DNA from: an uncultured Actinomycetota bacterium
Lineage (GTDB): Bacteria > Actinomycetota > Actinomycetes > Propionibacteriales > Nocardioidaceae
Direction: 5' to 3'
NCBI GenBank assembly: GCA_963713305.1
Contig: CAVQLE010000005.1
Coordinates: 152,842 to 216,841, forward strand
DNA: 64,000 nucleotides
Shown: in pieces, positions 19,100 to 31,371 of the stretch
How positions within the stretch are numbered: the first letter of the stretch is position 1
How the letters are laid out: every line of letters begins with the position of its first letter
Notes under the pieces: model-generated
The model's input: the letters and a program-made list of their open reading frames with translations, nothing else
The model's database searches: none
What the model was told of the DNA's origin: nothing
Program-made: the position numbers and the translations under genes

Positions 19100-19972
19100 T
19101 CAGTTCTTGACGACCTTCACGGTGACCTTGTCCGAGCTGGTGTTGGTGTAGCCATCGCCCTTGTAGAGGACCTTGAGCTTGTTCTTGCCGACCTTCTTGG
19201 CCTTGTAGGACAGCGTCGCCTTGCCCTTCTTGTCGAGGTTGGCCTTGTCGAGGGTCTTCTTGCCCTTCTTGAGGATGACCTTGCCGCCCGGGGTCTCGTT
19301 GGGAGCCTTCACGGTGACCCCGACCTTCGCCATCTTGCCCTTCGCGACCGGGGCGTTCTTCGCCTTGGCGGCCGTCGTCGAGTCGTTCTTGGAAACCTCG
19401 ACAGTGGTCAGGATCTTCGCGCTGTCGCTCCTGGTGCACTCCACGTCGACCGGCTCGCCGCTGATCGTCGCGACGATGCCGAACCGCGAAGGCGTGGTGA
19501 CGTTGCGCGTGCCTGCTGACGGTGCCTCGAACGGCTCGACGGCCGTGCTGACCGAGCTGGACCAGCTGTCGTCCGGGTTCTGCTCCATGTCGGTGACGCT
19601 CGCCGAGAACGGCTCAACGGGAACCCGCGAGTTGCCGAAGTCGGCACCGTAGTTGGGGACCTCCATCTCCTCGACACCGAGGAGACCGAGCAGCTCGTAG
19701 AAGTCATTGCTGATGGTGAACGTCATGTTCGCCACGAGCAGACCGCCGGGGTCGACCGCTTGGCCCGCTTGCAGCGCGGTGACCGAACCGATGCCGGGCA
19801 CCTCGACGTCGACCACGACGTTCTGCGGACCGGCCGAGGTCGTGCAGGAATAGGTGTTGGTGACCGGTGCCGCCTCGGCGGCTGTGGTCGTCGCGCCGAC
19901 CAGCGCGCCGGCGACCAGCGCCGACGCGGCGCCCGCCGCGGCGGTACGGCGAGACAGGGTGGTGAACTTCAT
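19100..19972 (-). CDS. Secreted protein with Lys-rich C-terminal Ig-like (Big_3-type) domain
   Basis: Signal peptide MKFTTLSRR...AEAA; C-terminal GKVILK...GKATL...YKGDGY..S pattern. Confidence 0.8.
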   Translation of the reverse strand: MKFTTLSRRTAAAGAASALVAGALVGATTTAAEAAPVTNTYSCTTSAGPQNVVVDVEVPGIGSVTALQAGQAVDPGGLLVANMTFTISNDFYELLGLLGVEEMEVPNYGADFGNSRVPVEPFSASVTDMEQNPDDSWSSSVSTAVEPFEAPSAGTRNVTTPSRFGIVATISGEPVDVECTRSDSAKILTTVEVSKNDSTTAAKAKNAPVAKGKMAKVGVTVKAPNETPGGKVILKKGKKTLDKANLDKKGKATLSYKAKKVGKNKLKVLYKGDGYTNTSSDKVTVKVVKN

Positions 19973-20104
19973 GAATGCTCCCTCCGAGCAACTTCCGTCT
20001 GTGAGCCGTCCCCCTCCGGGACGACGGACGCAGGTTACCCTGCGGAAACATCGAGGGGAACGAAAGCCGCCATCGAACCTTGTGCGACGGGTGAGGATGG
20101 ACTC

Positions 20105-20513
20105 GTGAACGCGTGGCGCGACCCCGAGACGATCCGGTTCCTGCTCGACGACACGGAGACCTGGGCCGTCGTCGGACTCTCCGGCAATCCCGACCGCACG
20201 GCGTACCGCATCGCCGAGATGCTGCAGCGCCGCGGCAAGCGGATCGTCCCGATCCACCCCGACGCACCTGACGGTGCTCGGCGAGCAGGGTTTCGCGACG
20301 CTGGCCGACGTGCCGTTTCCGATCGACGTCGTCGACGTCTTCCGCCGTTCGGAGTTCGCGGGCGAGTTCGCCGACCAGGCCGTCGACGTCGGCGCGCGAG
20401 GTGTGTGGTTCCAGCTCGGTGTGATCGACCACGACGCGTTCGGGCGTACGTCGGAGGCGGGGGTGCCGATGGTGATGGACACCTGCCCCGCCATCGAGTG
20501 GAGCCGCGGGTGA
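20105..20513 (+). CDS. CoA-binding protein (YccU-like); frameshift near 20270
   Basis: WAVVGLSGNPDR...IVPIHP, then in another frame IDVVDVFRRS, VWFQLG, VMDTCPAIE. Confidence 0.88.
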
Positions 20514-20941
20514 CCGACCTCCACATCCGGTCCGGCCCGGGGCTGCCCGAGGGGCTGGTGATCCCGGAGGCCGAGCTCGTCGAACGGTTCAGCCGCTCGT
20601 CCGGCCCCGGTGGCCAGTCGGTCAACACCACCGACACCCGGGTCGAGCTGGTCTTCGACGGCACCGTCTCGTCGGTGCTCACCGAGGACGAGCAGCAGCG
20701 GGTCGGCACGATCCGCGTGGTCGCCTCCGAACACCGCTCCCAGCACCGCAACCGCTCCGCTGCCCGCGCGCGCCTCGCCGACCAGATCCGCTCCGCCCTC
20801 GCCCCACCCCCGCCACCCCGCGTCCCGACCAAGCCGTCCAAGGCGTCCCGCCGTCGCCGGGTCGAGGCCAAGAGCCGCCGCAGCCAGACCAAGTCGCTGC
20901 GCGGCCGGGTCCGCGGCGACTGCACTCGACTCGGTCGTTGA
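20510..20941 (+). CDS. arfB: Alternative ribosome rescue peptidyl-tRNA hydrolase ArfB
   Basis: RSSGPGGQSVN GGQ motif, RSQHRNR, basic C-terminal tail. Confidence 0.93.
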   Translation: MTDLHIRSGPGLPEGLVIPEAELVERFSRSSGPGGQSVNTTDTRVELVFDGTVSSVLTEDEQQRVGTIRVVASEHRSQHRNRSAARARLADQIRSALAPPPPPRVPTKPSKASRRRRVEAKSRRSQTKSLRGRVRGDCTRLGR

Positions 20942-21765
20942 CCTGTCCGGGCGGCGACCTCCGAGCCGACCTCGGTAGAGGAGGGTGGTGTTGCCGCGAG
21001 TCAGTCGCAGCTGGTGGCCGTCGATCGACCAGCTGACCGCCTCGGCCATCAGCACGGGGAGCTGCGGCTGCTTCGACCTCGCCGCGGATGCCGTTGCAGC
21101 CGACCACGGTGATCCCGACCTCGCGCAGCTCCAGCTGGTCGCCCTCGCACCGCGACCGGTCCACCACCCGAGTTGCAGCCCGTCTCGAAGGTGAGCTCGG
21201 GGCCGCTGATCGTCAGGTGAGCATCGAGTCGCCCTGGCACCACCATCATCGCCGACCGAGTCGCCGTCGGTCTCCTCGATGCCGGTCGAGTCCCAGCGCG
21301 TGTCCTCGAGCGCGGCGTCAGGGGCGGCATCGGGGGCTACCTCGCGGGCCGGGACCAGCCACATCTCCGCGTCGTCGGTTGCCAGCCGGACGTCGGTGCC
21401 GTCGACCGTGAACGCGGGCGACGAGGTGAAGAAGTCGACGAGCCACTCGTCCTGCTCGTGGCCGGCGCCCTGGCAGCCCATCTCGGTGCCGCCGACGTGC
21501 GAGACCCGGAGCACGCCGTCATCCCACTCGGCCGAGCCGGACATCGTGTTGCAGGTGGCCTGGAACCTGATCTCGCCGTCCCCGAGGGTCACCCGGAGCA
21601 CGTCGCCCTCGTGGAACGGATCGGGCAGGCCGTCGGCCACGTAGTCGCCGGCGCGCGCGACGCTCGGCTCGACCGCCGGACCGCGACGGTCGGCGAGGCC
21701 GCGTCGGCGCCACAGCCCGCGAGCAGCGGAAGGGCCGCGAGAGCGGCGAGCACGCGGCGGGTCAT
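20940..21765 (-). CDS. Lipoprotein with tandem META domains (several frameshifts; 3' end uncertain)
   Basis: Lipobox LLAGCG; QATCNTMSG...GTEMGC and ETGCNSGGG repeats. Confidence 0.75.
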
Positions 21766-22909
21766 GCCGATTCGACGTACGTCGACCTCGCCCGGTTCCG
21801 CGCGTCCCACCGCCGCAGCAGCCGGCTGGGCACGCCCGACCGCGATCTCGAGCGGTCCCCGCCACCGCAGCGCCACGAAGACCGCTCCGATCGCGGCCAG
21901 CAGCGCGACGTGGCGGCCGAACGCCCCGTCGTCGGGCGGCCAGAACCGGCTCGGTCCGCAGCACGGCGTGCAGGGAGTAGAGCGTCAGGGTCATCGTTCC
22001 CGCGCCGAACACCACGGCCATCAGGCGCGGTCCCGGCCGGGGCAGGACGCCGACGACCAGCAGGCACGCGCCGATCACGGCCAGCGCGCTGCCGATGGTC
22101 TGGGCCAGGTCGAACGGCGTGGCGCTGTGGGGGGCATCGACGAGGAGCCAGGCCGCCCGGTCGGTCGGCGTGGTCCCGTAGAGGCCGAAGTCGGCGTCGC
22201 GCAGGGTGTCGTCGCTGAACAGGCCGGCGGTGGACTCGCGCGAGAGGAACGAGGCCAGACCGGCGAGCAGGAGCCCGCCGACCAGCAGGCCCGCCTGGAC
22301 GCCGCGGCGGGCGAGGTCGCTGCGGCCGACTGCCATGCCCGCCAGCAGGTAGGCCAGCCACGGCACCGTCGGGTAGTAGCCGGTGAACAGGAGCTCGGAC
22401 AGGAGTCGCCCCGGCTGCTGCAGCTGCTCGAACGTCGGGTTGTCGAAGCGCACGGTCCGGCAGCTCCGGGCGCAGCACGTGGGAGACGACCGGCACGACC
22501 GACCAACCACAGTCCGGCCAGGATCGCCAGCGACCGGGCCTGCAGGCCGACGAACGGGATCCCCAGCAGGAACAGCACGCCGTAGTAGGTGAGGATGATC
22601 GCCAGGCCGGTGTCCTGGGTCGCGATCACGAGCCCGATCAGCGCGATCAGCAGCGCCCGCGCCGCGAGGCCGGCCGACGCCACCCAGCGGTCGCGCCCGC
22701 GCATCGGCGTACGTCCTCCGGTCATGAGCGCCAGCGAGACCCCGGCCAGGACCGCGAACAGCGCCGAGGCGCGCCCGCCTGCCAGCTCCTGGGTCCAGGT
22801 CAGCTCGCCCGCCGGCGGTCGCCGGGGGCAGCATGTGGGTGGCGATCATCCCCAGCAGGGCCAGGGCGCGGGCGACGTCGAGGCCGACGAGGCGCGCGGT
22901 GCCGGCCAC
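21762..22909 (-). CDS. HGSNAT/DUF418-like membrane protein (frameshifted)
   Basis: RLVGLDVARALALLGM, ILTYYG, YPTVPWLAY, GTMTLTLYSLH. Confidence 0.8.
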
Positions 22910-22913
22910 GAGG

Positions 22914-23438
22914 TCAGAAGCCGAGTCGGCGCTCGCCACGCACGACGGCACCCTTGGCGTACGCCGACTCCTTGAGGGACTGCTGGAAGTCGAGCATCCG
23001 CTGCTGGAGGCCGGCATCGGTCGCGGCCAGGATCCGGACCGCCAGCAGCCCGGCGTTGCGGGCGTTGCCGACCGCGACCGTGGCGACGGGGACCCCGGCC
23101 GGCATCTGCACGATCGACAGCAGCGAGTCGAGGCCGTCGAGGTGCTTGAGCGCGACCGGTACGCCGATCACGGGGAGCGGGGTGACCGAGGCGAGCATGC
23201 CCGGCAGGTGGGCGGCTCCCCCGGCGCCGGCGATGATCACCTGGATCCCGCGACCGGCGGCGGCCCTGCCCCACGCGAGCATGTCCTCCGGCATCCGGTG
23301 GGCCGAGACGACGTCGGACTCGAAGGGGACGTCGAACTCCGCGAGCGCCTCCCCCGCGGCCTCCATCACCGGCCAGTCGGAGTCCGAGCCCATCACGATG
23401 CCGACGCGGGGCCCCGAAGCCTGCTGGGTCTCTGTCAT
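22914..23438 (-). CDS. purE: N5-carboxyaminoimidazole ribonucleotide mutase
   Basis: [33 protein letters not shown]. Confidence 0.97.
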   Translation of the reverse strand: MTETQQASGPRVGIVMGSDSDWPVMEAAGEALAEFDVPFESDVVSAHRMPEDMLAWGRAAAGRGIQVIIAGAGGAAHLPGMLASVTPLPVIGVPVALKHLDGLDSLLSIVQMPAGVPVATVAVGNARNAGLLAVRILAATDAGLQQRMLDFQQSLKESAYAKGAVVRGERRLGF

Positions 23439-23439
23439 G

Positions 23440-24598
23440 TCACTCACTCTCGTTGCCGAGGTCGCCGCGGAACCAGGCCGCCGCGTGGCGGGCGCGCTCC
23501 AGGCAGTCGTCCAGGTCATCACCGTAGGCGTTCACGTGCCCGACCTTGCGTCCCGGCCGCAGGTCCTTGCCGTAGAGGTGCACCCGCAGCCGCGGGTCGC
23601 GCGCGAGCGCATGGGGGTAGCCGTCGTACAGCCGGCCGATCCTGTCGTCGCCGCCGAGGATGTTCACCATCACGGTCCAGGGAGCGCGCGGCGCCGGCGA
23701 GCCGAGCGGCAGGTCGAGCACGGCGCGGAGGTGGTTCTCGAACTGCGAGGTGACCGCGCCGTCCTGGGTCCAGTGGCCGGTGTTGTGGGGCCGCATCGCC
23801 AGCTCGTTGACCAGCACGCGGCCGTCGGTCGTCTCGAACAGCTCCACGGCGAGCACGCCGGTGACGTCGAGCTCCCGGGCGACGGTGAGCGCGATCCGTT
23901 GCGCCTCGAGCGCCAAGGTCGTCGTCGAGGTCGGGAGCCGGAGCGACCACCTCGTGGCAGATGCCGTCGCGCTGGGTCGAGGCGACGACCGGGTACGACG
24001 CCGCCTGGCCGCTCGGCGAGCGCGCGACCAGCGCCGCCAGCTCGCGGCGGAAGTCGACGCGCTCCTCGGCGAGCAGCCGCACCCCGGACGCCTCGGCGGT
24101 GGCGAACGGCTCGACGCACTCGTCGGGGCCGGCCACGAACCAGACCCCCTTGCCGTCGTACCCGCCTCGCGTCGTCTTCAGGACGCAGGGGAACCCGAAG
24201 GCCTCGACGTCGGCGACGCTCGCGACCACGGCGTTGCGGGGGCACGGGATGCCGAGGGCACCGAGCCGCTCCCGCATCACGGCCTTGTCCTGGGCGTGGA
24301 CCAGCGCCTCGGGACCGGGTCGGACGGCGAGCCCGTCGCCGGCAAGCGCGTGGAGGTGCTCGGTCGGGACGTGCTCGTGGTCGAACGTCACCACCTGACA
24401 TCCCGCGGTGGCCTCCCGCAGCGTGGCGAGGTCGCGGTAGTCGCCGACGAGGTGGTCGGGGAGGACCTGCGCCGCGGAGACGCCCTCGGCCTCCGCGAGG
24501 AGCCGCAGGGGAAGGCCCATCGCAGCGGCGGGCTCGGCCATCATCCTGGCCAGCTGGCCGCCGCCGATCACCGCGACACGAGGAGCAGGTTCAGGCAC
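23440..24598 (-). CDS. purK: N5-CAIR synthetase (frameshift near 23914)
   Basis: [22 protein letters not shown]; second frame [27 protein letters not shown]. Confidence 0.95.
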
Positions 24599-24623
24599 GC
24601 AGAGAGACTAGTGCCAGGCCACG

Positions 24624-24959
24624 TCAGGCGAGGTCGAGGCGGCGCGCCGACGCGCCGACGTCCCCGGTCTCGAAGCGCAGCCCGCGGCCACGGACCGTCG
24701 TGATCAGACGAGGCCGTCGGCTGTCGTCACCGAGCTTGCGGCGGACCCACCCGAGGTGGACGTCGATCGTCTTCGACGACGTCCAGAACGTGGTGTCCCA
24801 GACCTCGCGCATCAGCTCGTCGCGCGTGACCAGCTCGCCGGGTCGGGACATGAGGGCGTGCAGGAGGTCGAACTCCTTGCGCGAGAACTCGATCTCGCGG
24901 TCGGCGAGCCAGACCCGACGGGTCGCCGGGTCGATGCGCACGTCCTGCACGGTCATCAC
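24624..24959 (-). CDS. Stand-alone OmpR-type winged-helix DNA-binding protein
   Basis: KEFDLL, TIDVHLGWVRRKLG, TVRGRGLRF; no receiver domain upstream. Confidence 0.85.
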   Translation of the reverse strand: MMTVQDVRIDPATRRVWLADREIEFSRKEFDLLHALMSRPGELVTRDELMREVWDTTFWTSSKTIDVHLGWVRRKLGDDSRRPRLITTVRGRGLRFETGDVGASARRLDLA

Positions 24960-25050
24960 GTCATGAACGTAAGGAATCTGCCCGTCGTCGCGCGGGAGAA
25001 CGCTGATAATTCATCCCTTTGGTCACTCGGACATGGTTCGGGTCAACGGT

Positions 25051-26039
25051 TCAGTGCCGCCGCACGGTGAGCGGCTCGACCAGCCCGAACCCGCGCACGG
25101 GTCTGGCCGGGAGGCGCCGGGTCTCGAACTGGTCGGGCGGCAGCAGGTCAGCGGTGTCCTGGTCGATGATGATCCGGTTGCGTCGGGCGACGCCGGTGAG
25201 CCGGGCGGCCATGTTGACGGGCGGGCCGAACACGTCGCCGAGCCGCATCACGACGGCGCCGGTGGCCAGGCCGACCCGTACCTCCGGCATCCGCGGGTCG
25301 CGGCCGACGACGTCGATGATCCCGCTCGGCGATGTCGTACGCCGAGATCGGGTCGTCGTGCACGAACAGCACCGAGTCGCCCAGGCTCTTGATCACGCGG
25401 CCGCGGTGGCTCGCGACCACGTCGGCGCAGCGAGACTCGAAGATCTCCACGATGTCTCCGATCCGCTCGCGCGAGACCTCGTTGGACAGCGCGGTGAACG
25501 ACGACGATGTCGGCGAACCCGACGGTGAGCTGGGTGGTGTTGAGGCCGGCCTCGTTGGCGGCCAGCGCCTCGATCCGCGCGACCGCGGCCGCCAGGTGGC
25601 GCCGCCAGGCGTAGATCAGCAGCTGCTCGAACTGTGGATTGACCTCCTCGACCATCCGCAGCGCCGACCGCGCCCGCGAGCCGGTCGCCTCCTCGCCCAG
25701 CTCGAGCTCCTCCACGCGGTGGGCCAGCGTCGCGACCTCCCAGTCGGCGAGCCGCGCCATGGTCTGGCCGACGCCGCGGGTGAGCATCACGGCCATGTCG
25801 AAGTCGATCGCGCCCGACTCGACGATGCTGGTCAGCGTCGAGACGGCATCGGCGTCGGCACGGTTGAACGCGATCTCGGTGCCGTGCTCGGGGAAGCCGA
25901 GCGCCCGCCAGAGCCGGCGCAGCTCCTCGATGGTGACCCCGGTCTCGGCCGCGACCTCGAGGGCGCTGTGGACCGGGTCCTCGCCGAGGATGGCCCGCTC
26001 GAGCGAGACCGGGTCGTCGGGCGTCGGGTCAGGTGCCAT
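25051..26039 (-). CDS. Class III adenylate cyclase with N-terminal regulatory domain (frameshifts near 25500 and 25325)
   Basis: RLWRALGF, VGFADIV, IKSLGDSV, GDVFGPPVNMAARL. Confidence 0.9.
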
Positions 26040-26541
26040 CGTCCGAGCGGTGGTGACCCGCCTGCCGGTCCAGCTCCCCCGAGACGATCTTCTGGACCTG
26101 CTCGACCCGCGGGATGTCGTGGAGCAGCACCTGGCCGTGCTCGCTGGCATCCGTGACCACCAGCGTCCCGCAGCCGAAGATCCGGTCGATCACGCCGATC
26201 TCGAAGTCGACGCCGCTGATCCGGTTGAGCGGGATGGTCCGGCCCTCCTTCGCGATGAGTCCCGACCGCTTCATGAAGCGCCGGTTGGTGAAGGTGTAGG
26301 TCGTGGTGGCCCAGTCGACGAGCGGCCGGACCACGAACCACAGGGCCGCGAGGCCGGCCAGGACCCAGACCACGAGGTGCATGATGTCCGCCGCGTCTCC
26401 CGACCCGACGCGTTGGACGACGGCGGCGATCGCGAGGAGCACGATCAGGGCGAGCAGCGGCCCCACCAGCGCCTTGGGGTGCGTGCGCGTGGAGATGACG
26501 ACGTTCTCGCCCTCGTTGAGGAGCTTCGGGTTGATGGCCAC
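26029..26541 (-). CDS. bPH_2 (PH domain) membrane protein
   Basis: Two TMs, then YTFTNRR...SGLI...IPLNRI...RIFGCGTL. Confidence 0.88.
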   Translation of the reverse strand: MAINPKLLNEGENVVISTRTHPKALVGPLLALIVLLAIAAVVQRVGSGDAADIMHLVVWVLAGLAALWFVVRPLVDWATTTYTFTNRRFMKRSGLIAKEGRTIPLNRISGVDFEIGVIDRIFGCGTLVVTDASEHGQVLLHDIPRVEQVQKIVSGELDRQAGHHRSDDGT

Positions 26542-26553
26542 GGGCCGATCATG

Positions 26554-27339
26554 TCACTCGGCGGCGCGCACGTGCAGTACGTCGCCCGCCGCGACCGGGG
26601 TGCCCGCGACCACGAGCCGGCCGGTCTCGTCGACATCGGTGGCCTCGCCGGCCAGCTCGGTGCCGCCCGGCAGGCTCACCCGGACCTCGCGGCCCAGCGT
26701 CACGCAGGCCTCCAGGTAGTCGCCGCGCACCCGCTCGCCGCCACCCGTCGACCAGGCGTCGTACTCCTGCCGGAGGCGGGTCAGCAGGCTGATGAGCAGG
26801 GCGGTCCGGTCCGGGGAGCGGCCGGTCGCGAGGACCACCGACGTCGCGGTCGGGACCGGCAGCTCGTCGGCGCTCTGACTGATGTTGAGACCGATCCCGA
26901 CCACGGCGGCCGGCCCCTGCGGAGTGTCCACCCGCTCGGCCAGGATCCCGGCCAGCTTGGCGCTCTGCCCGTTCGGTTGGCCGACCATGACGTCGTTGGG
27001 CCACTTGAGGCCGGCAGGGACACCGTGCTCGCGCAGCGCCCCGACTGCAGCGATGCCCGCGACCAGCGGCAGCCACGGCCATTCGAGGCCGGTGCGCTCC
27101 GGGCGCAGCAGCGTCGAGAAGGTCAGCGCCGCCCGGTCGGGCGTCTCCCACGTGCGGTCGAGCCGGCCGCGGCCCGAGGTCTGGTGCTCGGTGACGACGA
27201 CCAGCCACTCCGGCGCACCCTCGCGGGCACGGTCGGCGACGAGCGCGTTGGTGGACCCGGCCCGCGGGACGACCTCGACGCCGTACGGCGCCAGGCGCTC
27301 GACGTCGAGAGGTGGGCGCGGGTCGGGAGCGGTCGGCAC
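26554..27339 (-). CDS. birA: Biotin--[acetyl-CoA-carboxylase] ligase
   Basis: [33 protein letters not shown]. Confidence 0.95.
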   Translation of the reverse strand: MPTAPDPRPPLDVERLAPYGVEVVPRAGSTNALVADRAREGAPEWLVVVTEHQTSGRGRLDRTWETPDRAALTFSTLLRPERTGLEWPWLPLVAGIAAVGALREHGVPAGLKWPNDVMVGQPNGQSAKLAGILAERVDTPQGPAAVVGIGLNISQSADELPVPTATSVVLATGRSPDRTALLISLLTRLRQEYDAWSTGGGERVRGDYLEACVTLGREVRVSLPGGTELAGEATDVDETGRLVVAGTPVAAGDVLHVRAAE

Positions 27340-27358
27340 GGGGTCTAGATTGGCACGG

Positions 27359-28994
27359 GTGAGCGCACAGGCCAGCCCCGGCGAGGGCACGGACGTTCCC
27401 GACGACATCGACACCCACACCACCGAGGGCAAGCTCAAGGACCTCGAGCGGCGACTCGACGAGGCGGTCCACGCCGGCTCGGCGAAGGCGGTCGAGAAGC
27501 AGCACGCCAAGGGTCGCAAGACCGCCCGCGAACGCATCGAGATCCTCTTCGACGAGGGCTCGTTCGTGGAGCTCGACGAGCTGGCACGACACCGGTCGAC
27601 GGCGTTCGGGCTCGAGAAGAACCGGCCCTACGGCGACGGCGTGGTCACCGGCTACGGCACCATCGACGGCCGCCAGGTGTGCGTGTTCTCCCAGGACTTC
27701 ACCATCTTCGGCGGCTCGCTCGGTGAGGTCTACGGCGAGAAGATCACCAAGGTCATGGACCTCGCGATCAAGACCGGCTGCCCGATCATCGGCATCAACG
27801 AGGGTGCGGGCGCGCGGATCCAGGAGGGCGTGGTCTCGCTCGGCCTCTACGGCGAGATCTTCCGGCGCAACGTGCACGCGTCCGGCGTCATCCCCCAGAT
27901 CAGCCTGATCATGGGCAACTGCGCCGGCGGCCACGTCTACTCCCCCGCTGTCACCGACTTCACGATCATGGTCGACCAGACCTCCGCCATGTTCATCACC
28001 GGGCCCGACGTCATCAAGACCGTCACCGGCGAGGACGTGACCATGGAGGACCTCGGCGGGGCGCGCACCCACAACACCAAGTCGGGCAACGCCCACTACA
28101 TGGGCGCCGACGAGGAGGACGCGCTCGAGTACGTCAAGGGGCTGCTGTCGTTCCTCCCCCAGAACAACCTCGACCCGGCTCCGTCGTACGACGACTGCCT
28201 GGGGGAGTGCGGACGCGGAGTTCACAGACCTCGACCGCTCGCTCGACGTGCTGATCCCGGACGGCGCCAACCAGCCCTACGACATGCACGACGTGATCAC
28301 GGCCGTCCTCGACGACCAGGACTTCCTCGAGGTGCAGGCGATGTTCGCGCCCAACATCCTGGTCGGCTTCGGCCGCGTCGAGGGCAGCTCGGTCGGCGTC
28401 GTCGCCAACCAGCCGCAGCAGTTCGCCGGCACCCTCGACATCGACGCCTCGGAGAAGGCGGCCCGGTTCGTCCGGTTCTGCGACGCGTTCAACATCCCGG
28501 TGCTGACCTTCGTCGACGTGCCGGGGTTCCTCCCCGGCACCGACCAGGAGTGGGACGGCATCATCCGCCGCGGCGCCAAGCTGATCTACGCCTACGCCGA
28601 GGCCACCGTTCCTCTGGTCACCGTGATCACGCGCAAGGCCTACGGCGGCGCCTACGACGTGATGGGTTCCAAGCACCTCGGCGCCGACATGAACGTGGCG
28701 TGGCCGACCGCCCAGATCGCGGTGATGGGCGCCCAGGGCGCCGTCAACATCCTCCACCGCAAGACGCTGAAGTCGGCGGAGGAGGCGGGCGAGGACGTCG
28801 AGGCGAAGCGGGCCGAGCTGATCGACGACTACGAGCAGACCCTGGCCAACCCCTACATCGCGGCCGAGCGCGGCTACGTCGACGCCGTGATCAGCCCCCA
28901 CGAGACCCGGCTCGAGATCGTGAAGTCACTCCGGCTGCTGCGTTCGAAGCGCGAGATCCTGCCGGCCAAGAAGCACGGGAACATCCCCCTGTGA
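27359..28994 (+). CDS. Acyl-CoA carboxylase beta (carboxyltransferase) subunit, AccD5/PccB-like; frameshift near 28200
   Basis: GKTARERI-type start, [40 protein letters not shown]. Confidence 0.95.
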
Positions 28995-29207
28995 GTGAGT
29001 CGCCGGACCAGCCCGCTGCTGAAGATCGTCACGCCCGACACGACCCCGGAGGAGGTGGCCGCCATCGTGGCGGTCTTCGCCTCCCTCGGCTCGGCCGACT
29101 CACCGCCCGCCCGTCGTACGCCGGAGTGGAACCGCCCCCGACGTCTCACCCGCACCACCCACCGCCACGGCCCCGACGGCTGGCGCTCCAGCGGCCTCCC
29201 GCGCTGA
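28991..29207 (+). CDS. Acyl-CoA carboxylase epsilon subunit (probable early frameshift)
   Basis: [15 protein letters not shown]...W...GWRSS; immediately follows the beta subunit. Confidence 0.85.
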
Positions 29208-29218
29208 TCCGAGTCCTC

Positions 29219-30229
29219 ATGCGGAACACGATCACCGACGTCCCGGGCATCACGGTGGGTCAGGCGCAGCGGGTCGGGGACGGCTGGCTGACCGGTGTCA
29301 CGGTGGTGGTGCCGCCGCCGGGCGGCGCGGTGGCGGGGGTGGACGTCCGCGGCGGCGGGCCGGGCACCCGTGAGACGGACCTGCTCGACCCGCGCAATGT
29401 CGTGGACCGCGTCCAGGCGGTGGTGCTGGCCGGCGGATCCGCGCTGGGACTGTGCGCGGTCGACGGGGTGGTGCAGCGGCTGCTGGCCGAGGGCACCGGC
29501 TTCCCCGTCGGGCCGGCGCCCCACGAGGTCGTCCCGATCGTCCCCGCCGCGGTGGTCTTCGACCTCGGCCGCGGCGGCGCCTACGCGAACCACCCCGATG
29601 CCGCGCTCGGCGCTGCGGCGTACGACGCGGCGGGCATCGAGGTCACCGAGGGGAACCACGGCGCAGGGACCGGGGCGCGGGTCGGTGGGCTCAAGGGCGG
29701 GGTCGGGACCGCGTCGACCAGCCTGCCCGACGGAACGGTCGTCGGCGCGCTCGCCGTCGTCAACGCGGTCGGCTCCGCGGTCGACCTCGACACCGGCGAG
29801 CTCTGGGCGTCCCGCCACTGCGTCGAAGGCGACCTGCCCGGGCTGCGACGCCCCGACCCGGGCGACCTGGACGCCGCACGGCAGCGGGCCGCCGACCAGC
29901 CCGAGCCGCGGCCACCGCTGGCGACGACCCTCGTCGTGATCGCCACCGACGCGATCCTGACCAAGGCGCAGTGCCAGAAGATCAGTGGCGTCGGGCATGA
30001 CGGGCTGGCGCGGGCCATCAACCCCGTCCACACCATGTACGACGGCGACACGGTCTTCACGCTCGCGACCGGCGCCCGCCCGACCCCGGACCCGGCCGGC
30101 TTCCACGCGATGCTCACCGCCGCGGGCGACGTGGTCACCCGGGCGGTCGCCCGCGGGGTGGTCAGCGCCGGCGACCTGGGCGGGATGCGCTGCTACCGGT
30201 CCGCGTTCCCCAGCGCCTTCGACACTTAG
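29219..30229 (+). CDS. P1/DmpA family peptidase
   Basis: [48 protein letters not shown]. Confidence 0.93.
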   Translation: MRNTITDVPGITVGQAQRVGDGWLTGVTVVVPPPGGAVAGVDVRGGGPGTRETDLLDPRNVVDRVQAVVLAGGSALGLCAVDGVVQRLLAEGTGFPVGPAPHEVVPIVPAAVVFDLGRGGAYANHPDAALGAAAYDAAGIEVTEGNHGAGTGARVGGLKGGVGTASTSLPDGTVVGALAVVNAVGSAVDLDTGELWASRHCVEGDLPGLRRPDPGDLDAARQRAADQPEPRPPLATTLVVIATDAILTKAQCQKISGVGHDGLARAINPVHTMYDGDTVFTLATGARPTPDPAGFHAMLTAAGDVVTRAVARGVVSAGDLGGMRCYRSAFPSAFDT

Positions 30230-31371
30230 CCGTCGCGCAGTCGGGCTGCCTGCTTGGTGAGGTGGTGCCGCTCGGCCTCCGAGGTGGCTTCGGTCGCGGC
30301 CGTTGCGTAGAGGGTGCGAGCGGACGGCGAGGTCTCCCGCCCGCTCGTGCAGCCACGCGGCGGCGGCGTTGCGCCGGGGCACCGTCGACGGGACCGACTC
30401 GAGCGCGCGAAGGCCGGCCAGCGCGCCGTCGGCCTCGCCCACCGCGACCGCACGGTTGAGGGCGACGACCGGGCTGTCGGTCAGCGCCAGCAGCTCGTCG
30501 TACCACTCGAGGATCTGGGTCCAGTCGGTCTCGTCGGAGGTGGCGGCATCGCAGTGGAGCGCGGCGATCGCCGCCTGCGCCTGGTACTCCCCCAGCCGGT
30601 CCTGCGCCAACGCTGCCTGCAGGATGTCGACCCCCTCGGCGACGAGCCCGGTGTCCCAGCGCGACCGGTCCTGCTCGGTCAGCGGGACCAGCGAGCCGTC
30701 ATCGGCCCATCGGGCAGCGCGCCGCGCGTGGTGGAGCAGCATCAGCGCGAGCAGTCCGGCGACCTCGGGCTCGGTCGACGACGCGCGCAGCTGGCGGGTC
30801 AGCCGGATCGCCTCGGCGGCGAGGTCGACGTCGCCGGAGTAGCCCTCGTTGAAGATCAGGTAGAGCACCTTGAGCACGTCCCGGAGGTCGCCGGGCCGGT
30901 CGAGCCGTTGCTCGCCGACGGTCCGCTTGGCGCGGCTGATCCGCTGGGCCATCGTCGGCTCCGGCACCAGGTAGGCCTCGGCGATCTGCCGCGTGGTCAG
31001 GCCGCCGACGGCCCGCAGCGTCAGCGCCACCGCGGACGACGCGGTCAGCGCCGGGTGGCAGCAGAGGAACAGCAGCAGCAGCGTGTCGTCGGCGTTCTCG
31101 GTCGGCCCGGGGGTCGGCTCGTCGTGCACCCGCTCCTCGCGGGCGCGCCGGGCCGACTCGGAGCGATGGGCGTCCAGGTACTTGCGCCAGGCGACGGTGA
31201 CCAGCCAGCCGAACGGGTCGTCGGGCGGCGAGTCCGGCCAGCGCCGAACCGCCTCCACAAGCCCTCCTGCACGGCGTCCTCGGCCGCCGCGAAGTCGGCG
31301 CCGCGGCGGACGAGGACGCCCAGGACCCGGGGTCCCAGGTCCCGCAGCAGGTCCTGGGGCAGGTCGTTCAC
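30226..31371 (-). CDS. ECF sigma factor with DUF6596/TPR-like C-terminal extension (ECF42-like); frameshifts near 31258 and 30320
   Basis: [53 protein letters not shown]. Confidence 0.9.

Noticed and set aside
19100-23017. 1305-aa ORF as a giant fusion protein
   Set aside because: Chance open frame stitching fragments of the DUF418-like, META and Ig-like genes with antisense sequence of arfB and the CoA-binding gene.
26882-30229. 1115-aa carboxyltransferase-peptidase fusion
   Set aside because: Artefact of the frameshift near 28200; accD, accE and the P1 peptidase each have their own start and stop.
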